From a virus (Duplodnaviria; Caudoviricetes), in IMG/VR virus record IMGVR_UViG_3300011118_002165, positions 1 to 58,632 of that record: 58,632 nt of DNA; one strand, given 5' to 3'. A program made the position numbers and the translations under genes. The first letter of the stretch is position 1, and every line of letters starts with the position of its first letter. The notes beneath the pieces are model-generated. The model was given only the letters and a program-made list of their open reading frames with translations. It searched no databases and was not told the origin of the DNA. Below are positions 26,917 to 35,984 of the stretch, piece after piece.

Positions 26917-28336
26917 CCGTGTCGTCCTCCAACTGGGCTGCCGGCGCGGCCGCGGCCGCCGAGAGCCCGAGCTCTTCCATGAGCTGCTTTTCCTTGGCCC
27001 GCTGGCGGAGCTGGACCTCCCAGTCCTTGCCCTGCTTGGCGTACTCATCCGCCAGCGTGGTGGTGTGGTTCTTGAGCCGCTTCTCCTGGGCCGACGCTTC
27101 CTTGGCGGGGTCGACGTGCTCCTGGCCGTCCCAGAACCACTGATGCGGCAGATGCCCCAGGCCCCGGAGGAATGCGAAGTCGTTGAGGAGCACTGCCTCA
27201 GCCAGCCAGGCCCTGAAGATACGGTTGCAGACGGCCTCGTCGAGGTGGGCCTGCTCGATGCGGATGCTCTTGAAGTAGACCTGGTGGTCCAGCCGCCCCG
27301 AGGCGTAGTTGTAGCCCGAGCTGTTGCCGGCGGCGACGTTGAACGGCAGGTTCAAGCAGCGAGCGATCTCGTTGAGGATCTCGCGTTTGAACTCGCTGTA
27401 AGTGGTGCCCGGCTGCTCGGCCTTGATCTGCCCGAGCTTCCAGCCGTCGGGCAGGACCGTGGCCATCCGCTTCTCCAGCTCGACCACGTCCATCGGCTCG
27501 ACCGCCGCGGCCTCGCCGGTGGCGGGTGCGTCGGTGAACAGGACGGCCGCGAAGTCGGCGGCGGTCTCTGCCGCACCGAGGACCGCCAGCGTGTAACGCC
27601 GCAGTTGCGCGAACAACGGCAGCGCCGGCGTGATCTCGGGAATGCCCCGATGCTGACCCGGCCGGTCGGGGCGGTACCAGTGGATGACGCTCTCGGCCGG
27701 CACGCGATCGTATGACCCTACGGGCGACCACAGCGTTCGGGCGCCGGGGTGCTGGCGGAGGATCGTATAGGCGATCGGGTTGCCGAACGGGTCGAAAGCG
27801 ATCCCGTCGACCTCGTTGGTATTGCCCTTGAGCAGCAGCGGCGTGGACACTCGGTCGGCCTCGACGAGCTGCACGTCGAGCTTCACTGCCGCGTCCAGTC
27901 GGGGGTTGGCCGTCAGCATCGCGAAGGCCTCCCCGTCGGTCGCCTTCGCCATCCGCAGCGTCCGCAGCTTGCTCGCCAGCCCGGTCGCCTGGCACCACTG
28001 CGAGAAGGCCGCCTCGACTGTTCGGTTGATCTCGGCATCCTCGGTCAGCAGCTGAAGCCGCGGCCCGGTACCGACGCAGTCGTTGGCCAGCGTCAGGACG
28101 ATGCCTTTGGCATAGGAGTTGTTCGCGACCTCATAGCGGCTGCGGTTGCGGAGGATCCGCCGGATGTTCGCCGACGCCGCCGCGTCGGCCGAGAGGCCGT
28201 CGGCGTTGGCCCAGTGCCTGGCGTTCTCGGAGTTGGTGACTGCCGCGTCGAACCGGGCGCGAATGAACCGCGCGACCTGCCGCGCCGTCTGCTTGGCCCG
28301 TCTCTTCGTGCCGAATTGTCTCAGCCAGTCGAACAT
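26876..28336 (-). CDS. Portal protein, lambda family
   Basis: LRNRSRYEVANNSYAKG, VGTGPRLQ, DGEAF, RPGQHRGIP, NYASGRLD, HVDPAKE. Confidence 0.93.
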   Translation of the reverse strand: MFDWLRQFGTKRRAKQTARQVARFIRARFDAAVTNSENARHWANADGLSADAAASANIRRILRNRSRYEVANNSYAKGIVLTLANDCVGTGPRLQLLTEDAEINRTVEAAFSQWCQATGLASKLRTLRMAKATDGEAFAMLTANPRLDAAVKLDVQLVEADRVSTPLLLKGNTNEVDGIAFDPFGNPIAYTILRQHPGARTLWSPVGSYDRVPAESVIHWYRPDRPGQHRGIPEITPALPLFAQLRRYTLAVLGAAETAADFAAVLFTDAPATGEAAAVEPMDVVELEKRMATVLPDGWKLGQIKAEQPGTTYSEFKREILNEIARCLNLPFNVAAGNSSGYNYASGRLDHQVYFKSIRIEQAHLDEAVCNRIFRAWLAEAVLLNDFAFLRGLGHLPHQWFWDGQEHVDPAKEASAQEKRLKNHTTTLADEYAKQGKDWEVQLRQRAKEKQLMEELGLSAAAAAPAAQLEDDTDVEDDDAEKRQAA

Positions 28337-28388
28337 CCGTGTCCTTCTCGGGCCAGACCCGTCCGCCGAAGCCTCCGGCGAAGGCGGA

Positions 28389-28586
28389 TCACGCCGTCCC
28401 TCCCGGCGAGAGCTTCACCAGCTTGACGCCCAGCCCCTTGCCGGCCGTCGCCGCCTTGCTGGCTAGGTGCTTGTCTGCGGCGATCTGGTCGGCGAGGGGG
28501 TGCTGCTCGGCGCTGACGCCATCCGCGCTGGCCCGCTTGGGCCCTTCGGCGTTCTGGCGAATCGCATTGTCCAAGTCTTCAGCCAT
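28389..28586 (-). CDS. Head completion protein (gpW-like position and size)
   Basis: 65 aa between terminase and portal. Confidence 0.55.
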   Translation of the reverse strand: MAEDLDNAIRQNAEGPKRASADGVSAEQHPLADQIAADKHLASKAATAGKGLGVKLVKLSPGGTA

Positions 28587-28599
28587 GAGACGGTCCCTC

Positions 28600-28643
28600 T
28601 TCCTGCACCCTCTACATCTGCAGTCAGGCCGATTCTGTCGCGC
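28600..28643 (-). promoter_or_regulatory. 44-bp conserved phage promoter-like motif, copy A (head/tail operon)
   Basis: GCGCGACAGAATCGG-N6-TGCAGATGTAGAGGGTGCNGGAA; same motif at 45242-45285 and 51409-51452. Confidence 0.8.
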
Positions 28644-28658
28644 TGATTCCCCGGATTC

Positions 28659-30926
28659 TCACCCCCGGTGCGTCCGTTGGATTTCAGATAGCTTGATGCG
28701 CCGCCGCGGCGCCGAGGTCTTGGCATCGGTGCCTGGCAGGACGGCCCCGTGGATGGAGGCCGCCACGGCGCAGCCGACCAGGCAGTCCAGCCAGTGGTTG
28801 TCCGGATGCCCGGCCCGGAGCTTCCATTCATCCACCACGCGGCCCCGCGCCTCGGTCCGCACCCGGTACTCGGCGGTGACGTGCTCGGCCAGGAGCTGAT
28901 GTGCGGCGGGCTTGCGGCCGAACAGCGACAAACAGCCCGGGTCACCCATGGCGACCGCCAGGCGCGCGTGACAAAAACTCTTCCAGTAGTTCGTGTCGAT
29001 CAGGACGTGGCGCACCTGCCGGCGGCCATGGACGTTGGGGATGCGCCAGTGGTGGCCGATGCGCTCGCCGCGCTTGCGCTTGTACTCGCTGAACGGCACG
29101 CTGGACGCTCCGACGTAGCGCCCGTGGCTGGGCATCACGATGGCCGAGTGGGCGCTCTGGCGGCAGAACTGGTAGACGACGTCCGTGCTCTGGCCCCAGT
29201 TGGCGTCGATGAGACAGCGCTCGATCTGCAGCTCCGCCCCGTCGTCGCGCCGCCAGCGGCGGGACAGGTAGTCCCCGGTGAGGTCCTCCAGCCCGGCGTA
29301 GACTGAGCCCTCCAGGCCCGCCCCGGGCGCGGCCTGGCCGAGCGTTTTCTGCACGTCGCGTAGCGTGAACAGCGCCCGCCGCTGCTCGGGATACGCGCCA
29401 TACTCGAGCACGTAGCCGGTGAAGTCGTCCTCCCACGCTACGACGGTGTGGAACAACAGCTTGCCCTGCACGTCGATGAACATCGTCAGGTGGCTGGCCG
29501 CCAGGGGCACCTCGCCCGGGGCGTGGCCGTTGACCTTCGCGGCGACTTGCTCGGCCGTGAGTTGGTCCACGTCGCCCTCGTCCTCCGGCAGCGGCTCATT
29601 CTGATACTCCGCCCAGAAGGCCCGTTCATCCTGAAGCTTGAGGTTCATCGCGTGCTGAATGGCCGAGAGCTCGTCCTCGTTGTGGCGCTGCGGCCAGGCC
29701 ACGACAGAGCCGGCGTCCATCTGGTCGCGATGCTCGCGGTAGAACTCGGTGGCCTCGTGGCCGTCGCCGTCGCTGCGGAAGCTGTCAGCGCGGATCTGAG
29801 CGTACCGCTCCCACAGCTTCTCGTTGGCCGGGAAGGCGTAGACGAGTTTGGTGCGCTGGCCCTGCCAAGTGGGGTGCTTGTCGCGGTCGAGGATCTGGTC
29901 AGCCATGTCCCCCGGACGGATCACCGTGCACGGCATGATCCCCGAAATCTTCTGGCCCGGCCCGGCGAGGTTCAGGATCGCGCCGTTGAGCGTGTCCATC
30001 CGGGCGCCCGTCTGCGGATCGCTCCGGGCCGACTCGTCCGTCTGCGGATCGTCCAGCACCACCAGGGACGGGCGCACGGCACGGCCGTCGGCTCGCTTGA
30101 ACTTCATACCGCGGATCCGGCTCTCGATACCCGCCACGCGGATGATGGCGCCTGACGCCTTCGAATCGGGGATCGTCGGCAGGACGATCTCGTCGGCCGT
30201 CCAGACGATCCGCGTGTGCTGGCCGCCACATAGCTGGCCCTTCGCCCGGTTGTGGATGCGTTCCAGGGCGTGGATCGGGTACACCGCCTCGGGATAGTCC
30301 TCCAGCAGGGCGTCATTGGTCTCGAACTCGACCTTGATGCTCTCCAGCATGCTGCGGGCGTGCCCGGCGTCCGAACCGATCAGGCAGACGAACTCCCGCG
30401 CGCCGGTCAGCATCGCCCAGATGCACGCCGTCTCGGCCAGCGTCGTTTTGCCGCTGCCGCGCGGCATCGCCATGGCGAACAGCCCGCCGCGAAGCACCGC
30501 CTGCTCGATCTTGCCGATCACCTTCAGGTGGTCGTCCGACCATGGCAGGTTGAACGCCTGCGGGAAGTACGCCTCGCAGAAGAACCGGAAGTCGGTCTCG
30601 GCGTGGGCCTTCCGCTCGGGATCGACCACCTGCGGGATCGGGCCGATGTCCCGGCCGGTGGCGGAGATCTCCGCATTGCGCGCCCGCGCTGCCTCCTTGA
30701 TCGCCTCGTAGTCGGCCGGCGCCTTTGCCGGCGCGGGGTCGTGGCGCAGCCACGCCAGCCAGGCGACGTAGCGGAACAGGTCCACGTGCCGGTCATCCCC
30801 GATCCGGTAGCCAGCGCGGTTGCGGTGCCGGCGGAGTTGGCGCTCGCTGATCACCTCGCCCAGCGGCGTGGAGTTCAGCATCCGCGTCAACATCGATGGG
30901 CGAAGGTTGCGCGGGTCAATCGCCAC
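28659..30926 (-). CDS. Terminase large subunit (GpA-like) with extra N-terminal wHTH-like domain
   Basis: MPRGSGKTT Walker A, VVLDDPQ Walker B, FIDVQ and DNHWLDC nuclease motifs. Confidence 0.92.
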   Translation of the reverse strand: MAIDPRNLRPSMLTRMLNSTPLGEVISERQLRRHRNRAGYRIGDDRHVDLFRYVAWLAWLRHDPAPAKAPADYEAIKEAARARNAEISATGRDIGPIPQVVDPERKAHAETDFRFFCEAYFPQAFNLPWSDDHLKVIGKIEQAVLRGGLFAMAMPRGSGKTTLAETACIWAMLTGAREFVCLIGSDAGHARSMLESIKVEFETNDALLEDYPEAVYPIHALERIHNRAKGQLCGGQHTRIVWTADEIVLPTIPDSKASGAIIRVAGIESRIRGMKFKRADGRAVRPSLVVLDDPQTDESARSDPQTGARMDTLNGAILNLAGPGQKISGIMPCTVIRPGDMADQILDRDKHPTWQGQRTKLVYAFPANEKLWERYAQIRADSFRSDGDGHEATEFYREHRDQMDAGSVVAWPQRHNEDELSAIQHAMNLKLQDERAFWAEYQNEPLPEDEGDVDQLTAEQVAAKVNGHAPGEVPLAASHLTMFIDVQGKLLFHTVVAWEDDFTGYVLEYGAYPEQRRALFTLRDVQKTLGQAAPGAGLEGSVYAGLEDLTGDYLSRRWRRDDGAELQIERCLIDANWGQSTDVVYQFCRQSAHSAIVMPSHGRYVGASSVPFSEYKRKRGERIGHHWRIPNVHGRRQVRHVLIDTNYWKSFCHARLAVAMGDPGCLSLFGRKPAAHQLLAEHVTAEYRVRTEARGRVVDEWKLRAGHPDNHWLDCLVGCAVAASIHGAVLPGTDAKTSAPRRRIKLSEIQRTHRG

Positions 30927-31116
30927 TGGCCACCTCCCGCACGAGCCACGCCGCGTAGTGCACCAGGTTCAGCGTGCCGTCGGCGTTGACGGGTGCCCCG
31001 GCGTCGACGTCCGCGCGGAGCATCTCCTCGGTGATCCGCCGCCCGCCGGCGGCGCTCAGAACCTTCGCCGCCTGGGGGGGCGTCAGGGCCGTGATTCTGG
31101 GGGTTTCGGCGGTCAT
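30916..31116 (-). CDS. Small terminase-like (Nu1 DNA-binding domain-like) protein
   Basis: 66 aa overlapping the large terminase start; GAPVNADGTLNLVHYAAWL. Confidence 0.6.
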   Translation of the reverse strand: MTAETPRITALTPPQAAKVLSAAGGRRITEEMLRADVDAGAPVNADGTLNLVHYAAWLVREVASGD

Positions 31117-31181
31117 ATCTCTAGCCCCCTTGCCAGCTTGCGATAAGCTGTAACTTCTTTTTAAACAGGCGTTTAATTGCC

Positions 31182-31209
31182 TTGATGTGTCCGGGGTTCG
31201 AGGTAACAT
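31182..31209 (+). promoter_or_regulatory. Possible sigma70 promoter of the opposite-strand small-gene cluster
   Basis: TTGATG-16 nt-TAACAT after an AT-rich tract (31150-31180). Confidence 0.4.
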
Positions 31210-31258
31210 GTGTCTGTCGAATGACAAACGTAAACGACTGCCAGAGAAGGAGATAACG

Positions 31259-31450
31259 ATGAACGAGCGACGCAGAACAGCCAAACGCGACGCTGCCCTG
31301 GCCGAGATCGCCCGCGACGTCCTGGGCATCGAGACGCTCGAGACCCGCAAAAGCGACGACCTCGACTTCCACGACCTGGCGGTCTGGAGCATCGAGAAGG
31401 CCCTGAAGATCGCCTACGAGGCCGGACGCCTCGCTGGCCTGGGCGAGTAA
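31259..31450 (+). CDS. DUF6900-like small protein
   Basis: IARDVLGIETLETRKSDDLDFHDLAVWSIEKALKIAYEAG; AAGGAG RBS. Confidence 0.75.
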   Translation: MNERRRTAKRDAALAEIARDVLGIETLETRKSDDLDFHDLAVWSIEKALKIAYEAGRLAGLGE

Positions 31451-31477
31451 CCACCACCCACCGCAAAGGAGCCAACC

Positions 31478-31768
31478 ATGCGAATCAGCGCGATCGAACT
31501 GGCCGGAAGCAGCAAGACGACGCTCCGCGACGGCAGCCCGGGCCTGGCCCGAGCCTTCGCCCGGATCGAGCGAGACCGGGGTGCGGACGTTATCCGCATC
31601 ACGTTCTTCCAGCCGAACCAGCCCGAGGATGTCCACGAGGTCTTGGCCGACGACGAGGGAGACCAGCGATGCGCGGCCGAGATGCTGCAGCGCGCACTGG
31701 ACGGCTACGAGGGCACGAACAGCGAGGTCCACGACTACCTGCGGATCCTCCAGTACCTCGCGGACTAA
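31478..31768 (+). CDS. Hypothetical protein
   Basis: AAGGAG RBS, GC3-rich codons, co-oriented cluster. Confidence 0.7.
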   Translation: MRISAIELAGSSKTTLRDGSPGLARAFARIERDRGADVIRITFFQPNQPEDVHEVLADDEGDQRCAAEMLQRALDGYEGTNSEVHDYLRILQYLAD

Positions 31769-31786
31769 GCGCGGAAGGACCGAACC

Positions 31787-31999
31787 ATGGCAGCGAAGAA
31801 GACCAACACCGAGACGCACGAATGGCTGATGGCCCAAGGCCGAGACGGCCGCCGCCGCATCGAGAAGCTCGGCTGGCGACGCCTCGCACGCATCTACCTC
31901 GCGGCCAGGCCCGGCAGCGCCATCCGCAAGGCGATCAACGCCGAGGCCCGCCGTTGCGGGTACACGCCGAGGACCATCCTCGCGCTGCACGCCGAGTAG
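31787..31999 (+). CDS. Hypothetical basic protein
   Basis: AAGGA RBS, co-oriented cluster. Confidence 0.65.
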   Translation: MAAKKTNTETHEWLMAQGRDGRRRIEKLGWRRLARIYLAARPGSAIRKAINAEARRCGYTPRTILALHAE

Positions 32000-32011
32000 A
32001 AGGAACCCACC

Positions 32012-32215
32012 ATGCAGATCGAAGGCATCGAATTCGGCACGGCCCACGAGGCCATCCAGTACACCGACGCCGCCGGGTGGGGCGTCGCCATCCGCGTCGA
32101 TCGCAAGAACCTGGTCGTCCGCGAAGCTGACGCCCAACGCATGAGCGCCGCCGGTGTCGAGTTCGCCTACCTGTGCGACCACAAGGGACGCATCGTCCAC
32201 ATCCCCGTGAACTGA
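32012..32215 (+). CDS. Hypothetical protein
   Basis: AAGGA RBS, co-oriented cluster. Confidence 0.65.
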   Translation: MQIEGIEFGTAHEAIQYTDAAGWGVAIRVDRKNLVVREADAQRMSAAGVEFAYLCDHKGRIVHIPVN

Positions 32216-32227
32216 AAGGACCACGAC

Positions 32228-32407
32228 ATGAACGAGATCGAGATGGAGACCATGCTGTACGAGACGCTTCAGGACGAGGAGATCGTCCCGGAGGTCGCCA
32301 GCGTCCGAACGTTCGAGGAGGCCGGCGTGCTGACATGCAACCGCGGCGTCGTGGTGCGGTGCAAGGACGGCAGCAGCTTCCAGGTGACCGTGGTGCAGAG
32401 CCGGTAG
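32228..32407 (+). CDS. Hypothetical 59-aa protein (not in the ORF track)
   Basis: Translated by hand: MNEIEMETMLYETLQDEEIVPEVASVRTFEEAGVLTCNRGVVVRCKDGSSFQVTVVQSR; AAGGA RBS. Confidence 0.7.
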   Translation: MNEIEMETMLYETLQDEEIVPEVASVRTFEEAGVLTCNRGVVVRCKDGSSFQVTVVQSR

Positions 32408-32422
32408 GCAGGAGAAGCCCCC

Positions 32423-32701
32423 ATGAAACGCAAGAGACCGAGAACCTACGAAGCGGACGCGGGCGACCGAAAGGTCCGCGTCACCGTGCCGGAAGACGCC
32501 AAGCCCGAGGACGCGTTGGCAGATGCCATCCGCGACAACCTCAGCCCGAAGGCCGTGGCGACGATCGTGGCCTTCCTCCAGCCGGTCCGGACGAACGACC
32601 ACGACGTCGACGAACAGGTCCGCTGGTTCGCCGAGCAGCTGGTCGAGGCCCTGGGCGGTTACGAGGCCCAGAGCCGACTGGCCGAGGAGGTGGGCCTGTG
32701 A
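32423..32701 (+). CDS. Hypothetical protein
   Basis: AGGAG RBS, co-oriented cluster. Confidence 0.65.
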   Translation: MKRKRPRTYEADAGDRKVRVTVPEDAKPEDALADAIRDNLSPKAVATIVAFLQPVRTNDHDVDEQVRWFAEQLVEALGGYEAQSRLAEEVGL

Positions 32702-32886
32702 ACCGGTGCAAGGACAAGCCCCTGAGCATTCGCCAGGCCAACCGCCTCGCCGCCGGGCGGGTGCATGTATCACGCGACCCGGTCGACCCGACGCTCTGGC
32801 GGGTCGAGGACGAAGACGCCTGCGAAGCACACGAACCGATGACGGCCAGCGCGTGGCTGGCCTTCCTGAACGACTGGGCCGCGTAG
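32698..32886 (+). CDS. Hypothetical protein
   Basis: GTGA overlap with the upstream gene, GGAGG RBS. Confidence 0.55.
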   Translation: MNRCKDKPLSIRQANRLAAGRVHVSRDPVDPTLWRVEDEDACEAHEPMTASAWLAFLNDWAA

Positions 32887-32911
32887 GCCCCCAACACGAG
32901 GAGCGAGAGCG

Positions 32912-33502
32912 ATGAAGAAGAACGAAGTCAAGACGGGCAAGTACTACACCGCCAAGGTGTCGAACCGCATGGCCACCATCCGGATCGACGCCGAGAACCC
33001 CAACGGCGGGTGGGACGCGACGAACATCACCACGGGCAAGAAGGTCCGCATCAAGAGCGCCCAGCGCCTGCGACGCGAGACGCGCGGACCGGGCGGGAAG
33101 GCCAAACCCGACGTGGCGAAGACGGTCGAGGCCGTCGAGAAGGGCGACCTCGCCGAGGGCGTGACGGTGCCGACGGCCAAGAAGAAGCGCCGCGGCGGCG
33201 GCATCACCGAGGCCAACAAGGCCGACGCCGTCAACGAGGCAATGCAGGCGGTCGCGGCCGACAAGAAGAAGCGTGTCAGCGGCCTGGACGCCGCCGCGCA
33301 GGTGCTTGCCGAGGCCGGCGAGCCGCTGAACACCAAAACGATGGTCGAACGCATGCTCGCCCAGGGCCTCTGGCAGACCAACGGCAAGACGCCGGCGGCG
33401 ACGATCTACGCCGCCATCTTGCGCGAGATCAACACCAAGGGCAGCGACGCCCGGTTCCGCAAGGTCGCCCGTGGCCAGTTCGAGTTGGCCAAGGAGGCCT
33501 GA
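32912..33502 (+). CDS. HARE-HTH (HB1/ASXL/restriction endonuclease wHTH) domain protein
   Basis: SGLDAAAQVLAEAGEPL...GLWQTNGKTPAATIYAAILREI...RFRKVARGQFEL. Confidence 0.8.
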   Translation: MKKNEVKTGKYYTAKVSNRMATIRIDAENPNGGWDATNITTGKKVRIKSAQRLRRETRGPGGKAKPDVAKTVEAVEKGDLAEGVTVPTAKKKRRGGGITEANKADAVNEAMQAVAADKKKRVSGLDAAAQVLAEAGEPLNTKTMVERMLAQGLWQTNGKTPAATIYAAILREINTKGSDARFRKVARGQFELAKEA

Positions 33503-33505
33503 GCG

Positions 33506-33856
33506 ATGCGACGGCGCTACCGCGACGACCAGCGCGACGTGCGGTTCGAGGTGCTCGACGGGCGCCTCGTCCGCACGGTCGTCCTGCCGGGCGACCGTAG
33601 CTACGTCCACCGCTGCACGCGGGAGGTCTTGGAGGCCGTCGCCCACGCCGTCGAGCAGCGGGCGGCCGAGGGCGTCACGCTCGATCCGCTGGCCCAGGCC
33701 CTGGACGCCCCGGCCACGCAGGTCAACGTCGCCCTGGAGTTCCTCAAGGAACGCGGCTGCGTGGTCACCCGCTGCCGGCGCAACTACCCCGCCTCGGACG
33801 TCCTGTTCGAGGACGCCATGACGGAGTTCTGCTACCTGCGCGACCTGCCGTACTGA
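33506..33856 (+). CDS. Hypothetical protein, winged-helix-like C-terminus
   Basis: VTLDPLAQALDAPATQVNVALEFLKERGCV. Confidence 0.6.
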   Translation: MRRRYRDDQRDVRFEVLDGRLVRTVVLPGDRSYVHRCTREVLEAVAHAVEQRAAEGVTLDPLAQALDAPATQVNVALEFLKERGCVVTRCRRNYPASDVLFEDAMTEFCYLRDLPY

Positions 33857-33858
33857 CA

Positions 33859-34095
33859 TCAAGCCGACACCCCTTCCTGCGCCCCGGCCGACGACGCCGG
33901 GGCGCTCTCAGCCACCAGGTTCCCTCGCGGGATCACCACCACACGCCCGTCGATCTCCACGCCGACGTTGCGCGGGCCGGGGCCAGCGGCGGCGACCCGC
34001 ACGACGCCGCGCTTGCCGTGGTGCGGCATGACGGCCGCCGCCCGTTTGGCGTAATGCACGCGGACCCGCTGTCCGATTCGCGGGTGGAAGATCAC
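33859..34095 (-). CDS. Hypothetical SH3-like small protein
   Basis: PRIGQRVRVHY...GKRGVV...NVGVEIDG..VVIPRGNL; GTGA overlap with upstream gene. Confidence 0.55.
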   Translation of the reverse strand: MIFHPRIGQRVRVHYAKRAAAVMPHHGKRGVVRVAAAGPGPRNVGVEIDGRVVVIPRGNLVAESAPASSAGAQEGVSA

Positions 34096-34514
34096 TTCGG
34101 CCTCCAGAGACCGTGGGGGAAGAAGTCGGCCAGGATCCGCTGCTGCTCGGAGTAGCCGTAGCTCTCGATCGACCGGGCGAAGTGGTCGCGGCAGAGCAGG
34201 TACCGGGCGCGCATGATGCGGACAGACTCCGGGCCGAAGAGGTCGAACGTCGGCCCGGCGGGTGTCTGCCGCCGCGCCTCGTAGCGCCGGTCGTCGCGCT
34301 TCACCAGCGTGGTGACCCGCAACTGCTCCAGCCTCGGCCAGTCGCCGTCGACCGGGTGCTCGATCACCGGGCTGTACGCCACGGCGAGATCGACGAAGTC
34401 CAGCACGTCCGCCAGCGGCACGCCGCCGATGACCTCCCTGCGGAGCTCGGCGTCCACGAAGCGCTCCAGCACCTGGACGACGTCCGCCGGCCCGTCCTTT
34501 GCTGGGCGGCTCAC
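34092..34514 (-). CDS. Hypothetical protein
   Basis: GTG start overlapping the MTase stop, GGAGG RBS. Confidence 0.55.
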   Translation of the reverse strand: MSRPAKDGPADVVQVLERFVDAELRREVIGGVPLADVLDFVDLAVAYSPVIEHPVDGDWPRLEQLRVTTLVKRDDRRYEARRQTPAGPTFDLFGPESVRIMRARYLLCRDHFARSIESYGYSEQQRILADFFPHGLWRPK

Positions 34515-35863
34515 GCTGCAGCCTCCTCGGTCGCCGCGCCGATGCGCTCGGCCTTTTTGCCGGTGAACTGCTCCCACCGCTGGACGATTACGTCGCAGTA
34601 GAGCGCGTCGATCTCCATCAGGTACGCCCGCCGGCCCGTCTGCTCGCAGCCGATCAGCGTCGAGCCGCTGCCGCCGAAGAGGTCCAGAACGTTCTCGCCC
34701 GGCAGCGAGCTGAACTGGATCGACCGAACGGCCAACTCGACGGGTTTCTCGGTCAGGTGGACCATCGCCTGGGGGTTGACCTTCTTGACGTGCCAAAGGT
34801 CGGTGGCGTTGTTAGGCCCGTAATAGCAATGACCTGCGCCTTCCTTCCACCCGTAGAAGCAGATCTCGAACGCCCCCATGAAGTCCTTGCGTGTGAGCAC
34901 CGGGTGCTGCTTGTCCCACACGATCCCCTGGCTGAAGTACAGCCCCGAAGCCTTGAGCGGCGCGGGGTAGTTGCCGAGGTTCGCATACCCGCCCCAGATG
35001 TAGAACGAGCCCCCCGGCTTGAGCACGCGCGAGGCGTTGCCAAACCATGCCAGCAACATCTCGTCGAACGCCTCGTCGGTGACGAAATCGTTCTCCAGCG
35101 GCCGGTCCTTGGCTCGCATCTTCTTGCGGGCCTTCTTCGGGTCGGTCACGCCGCGCGCTACGTCGAAGCCCTGGTGGTGCATTTTGCCAGAAGACTGCGA
35201 CAGGTCCGGGTGGGAGCTGTTGCCCGCTGCGATGGCCGTGCTGCTGCGCGGCTCGACGCGGACATTGTACGGCGGGTCCATCGAGACCAGGTCGATGGTC
35301 GCGCCGTCCAGCAGAAGGTCCAAGTCGGCCTGGCTGGCGCTGTCTCCGCACATCAGGCGGTGGTTGCCCAGCACCCAGACGTCCCCGCGCTGGGTGATCG
35401 CCTCGTCGGGCGGCTCGGGCACCGCGTCAGGGTCGGTCAGGCCCTCAGCCGTCTCGCCGTCGAGCAGCTTGGCCAGTTCCGTGTCGTCGAAGCCCAGCAG
35501 GCTCAGGTCGTAGTCGGCGCCCTGGAGGTCCTTCAGCTCGATCGGCAACAGGTCGAAGTCCCACTCGGCCAGCGACGCGGTCTGGTTATCCGCGATCCTG
35601 TATGCCTTGATCTGTTCGGGCGACAGGTCCGTGGCCACGTGGACGGGCACCTTGGCCAGGCCCAGCTTCCGCGCTGCCTTCCACCGTGTGTGGCCGACGA
35701 TGATCACACTGTCGGCGTCGACCACGATGGGCTGGCGAAAGCCGAATTCCTTCAGGCTGGCAGCAACCGCATCTACGGCCTGATCGTTGACGCGCGGGTT
35801 GGCCTCGTACGGCCGGATGGCGTCGATGGGTCGCAGCTCAACGTCGTAGGTCTTCGTCGTCAT
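34511..35863 (-). CDS. ParB-like N-terminal domain fused to N4/N6 DNA methyltransferase
   Basis: PYEANPR..SLKEFGFRQPIVVD..GHTR..YRIADN; DPPY, H.TEKPVEL, DLFGGSGST. Confidence 0.93.
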   Translation of the reverse strand: MTTKTYDVELRPIDAIRPYEANPRVNDQAVDAVAASLKEFGFRQPIVVDADSVIIVGHTRWKAARKLGLAKVPVHVATDLSPEQIKAYRIADNQTASLAEWDFDLLPIELKDLQGADYDLSLLGFDDTELAKLLDGETAEGLTDPDAVPEPPDEAITQRGDVWVLGNHRLMCGDSASQADLDLLLDGATIDLVSMDPPYNVRVEPRSSTAIAAGNSSHPDLSQSSGKMHHQGFDVARGVTDPKKARKKMRAKDRPLENDFVTDEAFDEMLLAWFGNASRVLKPGGSFYIWGGYANLGNYPAPLKASGLYFSQGIVWDKQHPVLTRKDFMGAFEICFYGWKEGAGHCYYGPNNATDLWHVKKVNPQAMVHLTEKPVELAVRSIQFSSLPGENVLDLFGGSGSTLIGCEQTGRRAYLMEIDALYCDVIVQRWEQFTGKKAERIGAATEEAAA

Positions 35864-35984
35864 GGGTGCACCTCCGTGCGCTTGGGGTCACGTGGAAAAA
35901 CCGGACAGCACGCAACAAACTCTGCCTATGGGCGCGACTGTTCCCGCTGGCGTCAGGAGTAGCCCGGGCGGGGTAGGACCCATC

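Noticed and set aside
31121-33862. 913-aa minus-strand ORF
   Set aside because: Shadow of nine plus-strand genes, most with their own RBS and some with recognisable domains.
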